From contig OZ287749.1 in NCBI GenBank assembly GCA_965649765.1, forward strand, positions 38,254,001 through 38,318,000: a stretch of DNA of 64,000 bases. The letters run 5' to 3'. Shown here piece after piece: positions 56,501-64,000 of this stretch. Each line of letters starts with the position of its first letter. Within the stretch, counting starts at the first letter, position 1. Origin of the DNA: Bispira polyomma (Eukaryota). The notes under the pieces are model-generated. The model was not told the DNA's origin and did no database searches. It saw only the letters and a list, made by a program, of their open reading frames with translations. A program made the position numbers and the translations under genes.

Positions 56501-58499
56501 GCAGTCTTCCCTTCTGTGAAGTCCTCTGGCATATGTCACACGAATTACTGAATCTGCTGACATCATTTTGAAGGCCTGGCCAGTAAAAATTCTGCAAAAT
56601 CTTGTCCGTTGTCTTTCGTATGCCCAAATGTCCTCCAAGTAAAGCTTCATGCGCAAGCTTTAGTACTTTTGTTCTAAGTATCTTTGGAACCATCAATTGC
56701 TTCACCACGGAGCTGTTGACATCAGACAAAAACCTTCGGTAAAGTAGTCGAGACTTCACTTCAAACCAGGTCACATTGTTGCCTCTAACACATGACTTCT
56801 GCCCACTCTTGGCTAACTCCCAATAACGCTCAAGGCTGCTATCAGACATCTGGGCCTCAATCAGGTAGTCAACTGTGATGCTTGCATCCAATGGGGTCAT
56901 GGTATGTAATCTCTTTTCAGGTCTGTCCCTTTTAGCTGCCTGACTTCGTGTTTGCACTGCATTCACACTTTGGGAATTCTGTTGCGGATCACTTGAAATA
57001 ACCAGTTGAATATCTTTTCCAGAAGACATCTTCCAGTCTGGATCAGGACTCCCTGGTGACCTCACTCCAGTAATATTTCCCAGCACAAGTGGACAGACAG
57101 GATTGTTCATGCACATCGCTTCGACAGTCCCAACAAAATATGGAGTATCAATTTCAATGGTAGCAGAGGACACTCTCTTACCTGTCCCATCCACTAATAT
57201 ACACAGGTGCTTCTTGCCCGTCAGCTGTTCAGGCTCCACCAAGCTTTGCTTTACCACCACACCAGTACAGCCTGTATCTCTTAAGACATCAACAACATGG
57301 GATCCTACTTTTCCTTTTACCACAGGCATGTTCTTCAGAATACCCTTCTGTTTCTCATGTTGATCACATGCCCCACTCACAATAGGAATCTTCTTTCCAC
57401 ATGCCAACTTGATGTTGTCCTGACTGACACAAGCATGCTCACAAGTATGTACAGCACAAGCAGAAGAACCTTCTACACCTTTATCTTTGACCTGAGTCTT
57501 TACCGTTTCCTTCATATCTTCAGTAATCGCAGAGGCAATGGTCTTTACCCATGCTTTAGCTTTCAAATGGCAGTCTTTAGCGATATGTCCCATTTTTCCA
57601 CATTTAAAGCACTTCTTGCCAAAACTACTACCTTGCCTTTTGTTGTCCACTGAAACAGATTTACTAACAGGTGGTTTGGATGTCTGTAAATCAGGATGGG
57701 CCGCTAGGTACATCTCTGCCAGTTCCGCCATCTCTGATGCAGTTGTTGGGTTCCTTTCCTTAAGAAAAATAGCAAGACTTTTGCTACTGGCATTAAGAAA
57801 CTGTTCCCTCACTAATAAGTCTTCAATTCCGTCAAAAGACTTCTCAGTATTGCTCAGTTCCACCCAACGTTTTAAATAATTACGGAGTCTCTCCATGAAC
57901 TGACCTGAGCTCTCACCAGGTGTAATTGTACCAGAACGAAACTTGACCCTGAAGCCCTCATCGTTCAGTTGGTATCTCTTGAGCAAAGCCGTCTTCAGTT
58001 TGTCATAATCATTTGCCTCCTCGTTACTGAGTCTTGAATACACTTCCAAGGCCTTACCAGTTAACAACGCACTAAGATTGATGGACCAACTTTCCTCAGG
58101 CCACTTCTGACTTGCAGCGAAACGTTCAAAACGAAGCAAGTAAGCGTCCATATCAGACTTCCCATCTTCAAAAACAGGCAACTTTGGAGTATGCGACTTC
58201 GTATAATTCACGCTTGAAAAGGTACTTTGCTCAGCCCTGATTGAAACATCTGCAGCTCTAATCTCCAGTTCTTTCACATCTCTTTCCATCTGTAACCTCT
58301 CTCTATCACTTTGCTGTTGCAACTCGACCATATCTCTGTCATGTGCTCTTTTAAGTCGTCTCTCCTCTCTTTCTCTGTCTTGCACCTCCCTTTCTCTTGC
58401 CTGCTCTCCAGCCTGCTCCTCTCTGACAAACTCTCTCAGTTCCAACCCTTCATAACCCAACTCCTTCCCGAGTTTAATTAAGCGCTCTAGCTGATCCAT
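53577..58499 (-). CDS. Gag-Pol polyprotein copy (R1052S variant)
   Basis: Same ORF; reads QEELSKN instead of QEELRKN owing to T>G at 55344. Confidence 0.97.
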   Translation of the reverse strand: MDQLERLIKLGKELGYEGLELREFVREEQAGEQAREREVQDREREERRLKRAHDRDMVELQQQSDRERLQMERDVKELEIRAADVSIRAEQSTFSSVNYTKSHTPKLPVFEDGKSDMDAYLLRFERFAASQKWPEESWSINLSALLTGKALEVYSRLSNEEANDYDKLKTALLKRYQLNDEGFRVKFRSGTITPGESSGQFMERLRNYLKRWVELSNTEKSFDGIEDLLVREQFLNASSKSLAIFLKERNPTTASEMAELAEMYLAAHPDLQTSKPPVSKSVSVDNKRQGSSFGKKCFKCGKMGHIAKDCHLKAKAWVKTIASAITEDMKETVKTQVKDKGVEGSSACAVHTCEHACVSQDNIKLACGKKIPIVSGACDQHEKQKGILKNMPVVKGKVGSHVVDVLRDTGCTGVVVKQSLVEPEQLTGKKHLCILVDGTGKRVSSATIEIDTPYFVGTVEAMCMNNPVCPLVLGNITGVRSPGSPDPDWKMSSGKDIQLVISSDPQQNSQSVNAVQTRSQAAKRDRPEKRLHTMTPLDASITVDYLIEAQMSDSSLERYWELAKSGQKSCVRGNNVTWFEVKSRLLYRRFLSDVNSSVVKQLMVPKILRTKVLKLAHEALLGGHLGIRKTTDKILQNFYWPGLQNDVSRFSNSCDICQRTSQKGRLPKVPLQNMPIIDTPFKRVAIDLVGPINPVSDKKRLHTMTPLDASITVDYLIEAQMSDSSLERYWELAKSGQKSCVRGNNVTWFEVKSRLLYRRFLSDVNSSVVKQLMVPKILRTKVLKLAHEALLGGHLGIRKTTDKILQNFYWPGLQNDVSRFSNSCDICQRTSQKGRLPKVPLQNMPIIDTPFKRVAIDLVGPINPVSDRGYRYMLTLMDYATRYPEVVPLKRIDSEAVAEALVNIFTRVGVPSEVLSDQGSQFLSSVMSEVSRLLSINRLVTTPYHPMCNGLVEKFHLVLKSMLRRLCQEKPKDWDRYIPAVLFAYRETPQASLGFSPFELLYGRTVRGPMQILHELWTKEGTPDEVKTTYEYVIDLRNKLEDTCKLAQEELSKNQAKSKIWYDKKTKPRKFQVGDKVLVLLPTVANKLLMSWKGPYEVMDVKGVNDYSVSMKGKVKVIHANMLKHYLERRESDVRSDLPVGGAPLDMVAVSLIEEEQEETQENLIDLFPYLQNESYKDVTISPTLTENQKQEVQQLLKEYQDIFSDLPGTTDLVEHKIVLNTDEPVRKRPYPIPYHLRKVVDEEVETMLKLGVIGSCDSPYASPIVLVKKKDGKIRFCADYRNLNLQTVFSTEPMMTANDIYSKLSGDVFFSKFDMTKGYWQIPMEEGSQDKTCFLTPQGSFRFLKMPFGLVNATATFNKMVRKLLKDLYFCDSFVDDILCHTPLWDQHLSELRKLFQRLRNAHLTVKPSKCQIGFKNLNFLGNHVGDGSMKPDEEKVLNILSVPIPVTKKQVRSFLGFIGYYSKYIPNFSAISAPLSDLTKKGQPNKVLWQEPQDKAFQALKELLAKRPILRLPDFAKPFIVQSDASEYGIGAVLMQEGDDGKFPVEYASKKLSDTQKHYAVIEKECLSLVWAIKKFAPYLYGKEFLVETDHQPLIYIKRSKMDNSRIMRWALFLQSFSFKIRAIRSSENVAADYLSRA

Positions 58500-58940
58500 G
58501 TCACTATGGTTACCTTACACACTACTACTACTGGGGTACAACTTCTGGACAAGGCACACAAGGCCAACCGTAACACTTTTGATCACTTACACACACTGTA
58601 TGACTACAGCCACAGAACACTTGACTTGGGAATCCACCCAAAATAATGAGAATCCACTCAAATATGTGTGATGAGAATCCACTCTATCACAATCCTAATA
58701 CTGAGAATCCACTCAGTTATTTACCTGAACACTTGTTCACAACGTAATAACCTTAAGTTGAGTATCCACGCACCCACCCAAATAGTATGAAATCCAACAC
58801 AACTGTTCCCGGAAATAATACTATGTACCCCCCTAAGCTGATATACATATAATACATGCAACTACCTTACCCTGCCACACCTAGTATATACTTCTATGTT
58901 ACATGTCACTAAATTTGGGATATCCTGGTCATGGCACCAA

Positions 58941-59800
58941 TGTTACATTTATGTTACATTTTAACACTAAAATGTTGGGTCAAAGATCGTATAGTAGTTC
59001 CCAAACCAAGTTTATTCTAAATACATGAAAACAACAACAATATACTATAACAAAAATAATATTTAAACACCCTAAATATCTGACGCCAGAACTATTAACG
59101 GTAATAATATTCCACAAGATGTAAACAAAACAAATGGTAAGTCAATTCAAAGTTCACAGTTGAACAACAGTTAATTTGCTGTAACTCTACACCAGCAAAT
59201 AAGGTACGTATCCAGCCTGTATAGCAGTATGGTAATTCTCCTTGAATGTAATGTACATATAATAGTTCACCAGCATGTAGGAAATCAGAGTAGTCAAAGG
59301 TAACCAGTAGCGACCTCATTATACTAGGATCACATCAGTAAGACTTGGGTAGGTATAACCTCATGTAGCCCAGTTCACTACCAGCTATAGGGTGATGCTC
59401 ACTATAGTCTACAAATAAAGGACTAAACTACTGAACATTGGGCTTGGAAATAAACTAAAGTAGTTCTCAACTGAGTATACATTAAAGCATGATAATAACA
59501 ACCTACATCTATACAATAAGAAATAAACTACACATTAAACTAAAGAATCCTAATGCACAAATTATATAAAGTAATATTTACTCACATTATACACCCCAGT
59601 ACAAAATAACCCAACTTGCTCCACCTTGTCCTTTTAACATGTGAGAAAGATTATACAAAGACAGAAGCCTAAATACCATAACAGGCAATATTCACATATT
59701 GAAAATCACACACACACAATCTGTGTTCTAACCATAGTATTTTCGTATTTAATTTACACTCAAATAACCTAACCATAATATTTACACTCAATACACAACA
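58941..59800 (-). repeat. LTR copy
   Basis: Copy of 2088-2947. Confidence 0.75.
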
Positions 59801-59893
59801 TACTTCCACCCTAAGACCATACTTGCTATTGTTACAAAAATAACCGCCAACAACCTCACCCACAAACTACTGTTCAGCAATCTTAAAAATAAA

Positions 59894-62800
59894 TTACGCT
59901 CTGCTCAGATAGTCAGCAGCAACATTTTCTGAACTCCTTATAGCTCTAATCTTGAAACTAAATGATTGTAAGAACAATGCCCAACGCATAATGCGGCTAT
60001 TATCCATTTTTGACCTCTTAATGTAAATGAGGGGCTGATGATCAGTCTCAACTAAGAATTCTTTCCCATACAAATATGGAGCAAATTTCTTGATTGCCCA
60101 AACTAGTGATAAGCATTCTTTCTCTATTACAGCATAGTGCTTTTGAGTATCAGACAGCTTTTTACTAGCATATTCTACAGGAAACTTGCCATCATCACCT
60201 TCCTGCATCAATACCGCTCCTATACCATATTCAGAGGCATCACTCTGCACAATAAATGGTTTCGCAAAATCTGGTAATCTTAGAATTGGTCTCTTTGCTA
60301 GAAGTTCTTTCAAAGCCTGAAAAGCTTTATCTTGAGGTTCCTGCCACAGTACTTTGTTAGGTTGACCTTTCTTAGTGAGATCCGATAATGGTGCAGAGAT
60401 AGCACTGAAGTTGGGAATATACTTCGAGTAGTAACCAATAAAACCAAGGAAACTTCGCACCTGCTTCTTGGTCACAGGTATAGGCACTGACAAAATATTC
60501 AAAACCTTTTCTTCGTCCGGTTTCATAGAACCATCACCAACATGATTCCCTAAAAAATTGAGGTTTTTGAAACCTATTTGACACTTTGACGGCTTTACGG
60601 TTAAGTGCGCATTTCTGAGTCGCTGGAAGAGTTTCCTCAATTCACTCAAATGCTGGTCCCACAAAGGCGTGTGACATAGAATATCATCTACAAAACTGTC
60701 ACAGAAATACAGATCTTTCAATAACTTCCGCACCATCTTGTTGAAGGTTGCCGTAGCATTTACCAAGCCAAAAGGCATCTTGAGAAAGCGAAAGCTTCCC
60801 TGAGGAGTGAGAAAGCACGTCTTATCTTGACTACCTTCTTCCATTGGTATTTGCCAGTATCCCTTTGTCATGTCAAACTTACTGAAGAATACATCCCCTG
60901 ACAATTTTGAATATATGTCATTAGCCGTCATCATTGGCTCTGTTGAAAATACAGTTTGTAGGTTAAGATTCCGATAATCTGCACAGAAGCGAATTTTCCC
61001 GTCCTTTTTCTTCACCAGCACAATAGGTGATGCGTAAGGTGAGTCACAACTACCGATCACACCCAACTTCAGCATAGTCTCAACTTCTTCATCAACGACC
61101 TTCCGGAGATGATAAGGTATGGGATATGGCCTCTTCCTGACAGGCTCATCAGTATTCAACACAATTTTGTGCTCTACTAAATCCGTAGTGCCTGGCAAAT
61201 CAGAAAATATATCTTGGTACTCTTTGAGTAACTGTTGGACTTCTTGCTTTTGATTTTCTGTTAGTGTAGGACTAATGGTCACATCTTTGTAAGATTCATT
61301 CTGAAGATACGGAAATAAATCAATTAAGTTTTCTTGCGTCTCTTCTTGTTCCTCCTCAATCAAAGATACAGCCACCATGTCCAATGGTGCACCACCAACA
61401 GGCAAGTCACTTCTCACATCACTTTCACGTCGTTCGAGGTAATGCTTCAACATGTTAGCGTGAATAACTTTCACCTTCCCTTTCATGCTGACAGAGTAGT
61501 CATTCACACCCTTAACATCCATGACCTCATACGGACCTTTCCAAGACATCAACAGTTTATTGGCTACAGTAGGCAGTAATACCAGAACCTTATCACCAAC
61601 TTGGAATTTCCTCGGTTTGGTCTTCTTATCATACCATATCTTCGATTTTGCTTGATTCTTTCTCAACTCTTCTTGGGCCAACTTACAAGTATCTTCCAAT
61701 TTATTTCTCAAATCAATAACATACTCATAGGTTGTCTTGACTTCATCTGGGGTTCCTTCCTTTGTCCACAACTCATGAAGTATCTGCATAGGTCCACGGA
61801 CAGTTCTTCCATAGAGCAACTCAAATGGTGAAAATCCTAGGCTAGCTTGAGGAGTCTCTCTATAGGCAAATAAAACTGCCGGAATGTACCGGTCCCAGTC
61901 TTTAGGTTTCTCCTGACATAACCTTCTCAGCATTGACTTCAGTACAAGGTGGAATTTCTCAACAAGCCCATTGCACATGGGGTGGTACGGTGTAGTAACC
62001 AGCCGGTTGATACTCAGCAACCGTGAGACCTCAGACATCACACTGCTCAGGAACTGAGAACCTTGGTCACTCAAAACTTCTGATGGCACACCTACTCTTG
62101 TAAATATGTTGACCAATGCCTCGGCAACAGCTTCAGAATCTATGCGTTTCAATGGAACAACCTCTGGATACCTGGTGGCATAGTCCATCAAAGTTAACAT
62201 ATAACGGTAGCCCCTATCTGAAACTGGATTAATGGGTCCAACCAAGTCAATCGCTACCCTTTTGAAGGGCGTGTCAATTATGGGCATGTTTTGCAATGGA
62301 ACTTTTGGCAGTCTTCCCTTCTGTGAAGTCCTCTGGCATATGTCACACGAATTACTGAATCTGCTGACATCATTTTGAAGGCCTGGCCAGTAAAAATTCT
62401 GCAAAATCTTGTCCGTTGTCTTTCGTATGCCCAAATGTCCTCCAAGTAAAGCTTCATGCGCAAGCTTTAGTACTTTTGTTCTAAGTATCTTTGGAACCAT
62501 CAATTGCTTCACCACGGAGCTGTTGACATCAGACAAAAACCTTCGGTAAAGTAGTCGAGACTTCACTTCAAACCAGGTCACATTGTTGCCTCTAACACAT
62601 GACTTCTGCCCACTCTTGGCTAACTCCCAATAACGCTCAAGGCTGCTATCAGACATCTGGGCCTCAATCAGGTAGTCAACTGTGATGCTTGCATCCAATG
62701 GGGTCATGGTATGTAATCTCTTTTTATCTGAAACTGGATTAATGGGTCCAACCAAGTCAATCGCTACCCTTTTGAAGGGCGTGTCAATTATGGGCATGTT

Positions 62801-64000
62801 TTGCAATGGAACTTTTGGCAGTCTTCCCTTCTGTGAAGTCCTCTGGCATATGTCACACGAATTACTGAATCTGCTGACATCATTTTGAAGGCCTGGCCAG
62901 TAAAAATTCTGCAAAATCTTGTCCGTTGTCTTTCGTATGCCCAAATGTCCTCCAAGTAAAGCTTCATGCGCAAGCTTTAGTACTTTTGTTCTAAGTATCT
63001 TTGGAACCATCAATTGCTTCACCACGGAGCTGTTGACATCAGACAAAAACCTTCGGTAAAGTAGTCGAGACTTCACTTCAAACCAGGTCACATTGTTGCC
63101 TCTAACACATGACTTCTGCCCACTCTTGGCTAACTCCCAATAACGCTCAAGGCTGCTATCAGACATCTGGGCCTCAATCAGGTAGTCAACTGTGATGCTT
63201 GCATCCAATGGGGTCATGGTATGTAATCTCTTTTCAGGTCTGTCCCTTTTAGCTGCCTGACTTCGTGTTTGCACTGCATTCACACTTTGGGAATTCTGTT
63301 GCGGATCACTTGAAATAACCAGTTGAATATCTTTTCCAGAAGACATCTTCCAGTCTGGATCAGGACTCCCTGGTGACCTCACTCCAGTAATATTTCCCAG
63401 CACAAGTGGACAGACAGGATTGTTCATGCACATCGCTTCGACAGTCCCAACAAAATATGGAGTATCAATTTCAATGGTAGCAGAGGACACTCTCTTACCT
63501 GTCCCATCCACTAATATACACAGGTGCTTCTTGCCCGTCAGCTGTTCAGGCTCCACCAAGCTTTGCTTTACCACCACACCAGTACAGCCTGTATCTCTTA
63601 AGACATCAACAACATGGGATCCTACTTTTCCTTTTACCACAGGCATGTTCTTCAGAATACCCTTCTGTTTCTCATGTTGATCACATGCCCCACTCACAAT
63701 AGGAATCTTCTTTCCACATGCCAACTTGATGTTGTCCTGACTGACACAAGCATGCTCACAAGTATGTACAGCACAAGCAGAAGAACCTTCTACACCTTTA
63801 TCTTTGACCTGAGTCTTTACCGTTTCCTTCATATCTTCAGTAATCGCAGAGGCAATGGTCTTTACCCATGCTTTAGCTTTCAAATGGCAGTCTTTAGCGA
63901 TATGTCCCATTTTTCCACATTTAAAGCACTTCTTGCCAAAACTACTACCTTGCCTTTTGTTGTCCACTGAAACAGATTTACTAACAGGTGGTTTGGATGT
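59894..64000 (-). CDS. Gag-Pol polyprotein copy, 5' end beyond the window edge
   Basis: The track's 1357-aa ORF starts at an internal GTG (63967). The frame stays open to 64000, and the period predicts the true ATG at 64816. Confidence 0.95.
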   Translation of the reverse strand, partial: TSKPPVSKSVSVDNKRQGSSFGKKCFKCGKMGHIAKDCHLKAKAWVKTIASAITEDMKETVKTQVKDKGVEGSSACAVHTCEHACVSQDNIKLACGKKIPIVSGACDQHEKQKGILKNMPVVKGKVGSHVVDVLRDTGCTGVVVKQSLVEPEQLTGKKHLCILVDGTGKRVSSATIEIDTPYFVGTVEAMCMNNPVCPLVLGNITGVRSPGSPDPDWKMSSGKDIQLVISSDPQQNSQSVNAVQTRSQAAKRDRPEKRLHTMTPLDASITVDYLIEAQMSDSSLERYWELAKSGQKSCVRGNNVTWFEVKSRLLYRRFLSDVNSSVVKQLMVPKILRTKVLKLAHEALLGGHLGIRKTTDKILQNFYWPGLQNDVSRFSNSCDICQRTSQKGRLPKVPLQNMPIIDTPFKRVAIDLVGPINPVSDKKRLHTMTPLDASITVDYLIEAQMSDSSLERYWELAKSGQKSCVRGNNVTWFEVKSRLLYRRFLSDVNSSVVKQLMVPKILRTKVLKLAHEALLGGHLGIRKTTDKILQNFYWPGLQNDVSRFSNSCDICQRTSQKGRLPKVPLQNMPIIDTPFKRVAIDLVGPINPVSDRGYRYMLTLMDYATRYPEVVPLKRIDSEAVAEALVNIFTRVGVPSEVLSDQGSQFLSSVMSEVSRLLSINRLVTTPYHPMCNGLVEKFHLVLKSMLRRLCQEKPKDWDRYIPAVLFAYRETPQASLGFSPFELLYGRTVRGPMQILHELWTKEGTPDEVKTTYEYVIDLRNKLEDTCKLAQEELRKNQAKSKIWYDKKTKPRKFQVGDKVLVLLPTVANKLLMSWKGPYEVMDVKGVNDYSVSMKGKVKVIHANMLKHYLERRESDVRSDLPVGGAPLDMVAVSLIEEEQEETQENLIDLFPYLQNESYKDVTISPTLTENQKQEVQQLLKEYQDIFSDLPGTTDLVEHKIVLNTDEPVRKRPYPIPYHLRKVVDEEVETMLKLGVIGSCDSPYASPIVLVKKKDGKIRFCADYRNLNLQTVFSTEPMMTANDIYSKLSGDVFFSKFDMTKGYWQIPMEEGSQDKTCFLTPQGSFRFLKMPFGLVNATATFNKMVRKLLKDLYFCDSFVDDILCHTPLWDQHLSELRKLFQRLRNAHLTVKPSKCQIGFKNLNFLGNHVGDGSMKPDEEKVLNILSVPIPVTKKQVRSFLGFIGYYSKYIPNFSAISAPLSDLTKKGQPNKVLWQEPQDKAFQALKELLAKRPILRLPDFAKPFIVQSDASEYGIGAVLMQEGDDGKFPVEYASKKLSDTQKHYAVIEKECLSLVWAIKKFAPYLYGKEFLVETDHQPLIYIKRSKMDNSRIMRWALFLQSFSFKIRAIRSSENVAADYLSRA

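Larger units (their letters stand above)
1..64000 (-). mobile_element. Tandem array (period 6,317 bp, ~10.1 units) of a Gmr1-like Ty3/Gypsy LTR retrotransposon with shared LTRs
   Basis: Every ORF recurs at exactly +6317 (e.g. 3041, 9358, 15675 ... 59894). Each period has one gag-pol ORF and one LTR bounded by a PBS and a PPT, with no intervening non-element DNA. Confidence 0.98.

Overview
The whole 64 kb is a head-to-tail tandem array of one 6,317-bp unit (~10.1 copies, both array ends outside the window). Each unit is one LTR (~860 bp) plus the internal region of a minus-strand Ty3/Gypsy LTR retrotransposon of the Gmr1-like type. It has a single open 1,640-aa gag-pol ORF in the order Gag(capsid/SCAN-like, CCHC)-protease-integrase-RT-RNase H. 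Neighbouring elements share one LTR, with no host DNA or target-site duplication between them, so the unit is exactly a 1-LTR circle. The period is constant, and by eye I found only three private substitutions (12699, 28014, 55344). Every fully visible copy carries the same perfect in-frame 510-bp tandem duplication, which doubles the integrase HHCC domain and first catalytic Asp. The non-coding region holds a tRNA-His-like PBS, a second box matching the tRNA-His D-arm near the LTR 3' end, and four leader hairpins that share a UGGAUU loop and show a compensatory stem change. The host looks metazoan, probably invertebrate (inference). No host genes are visible.
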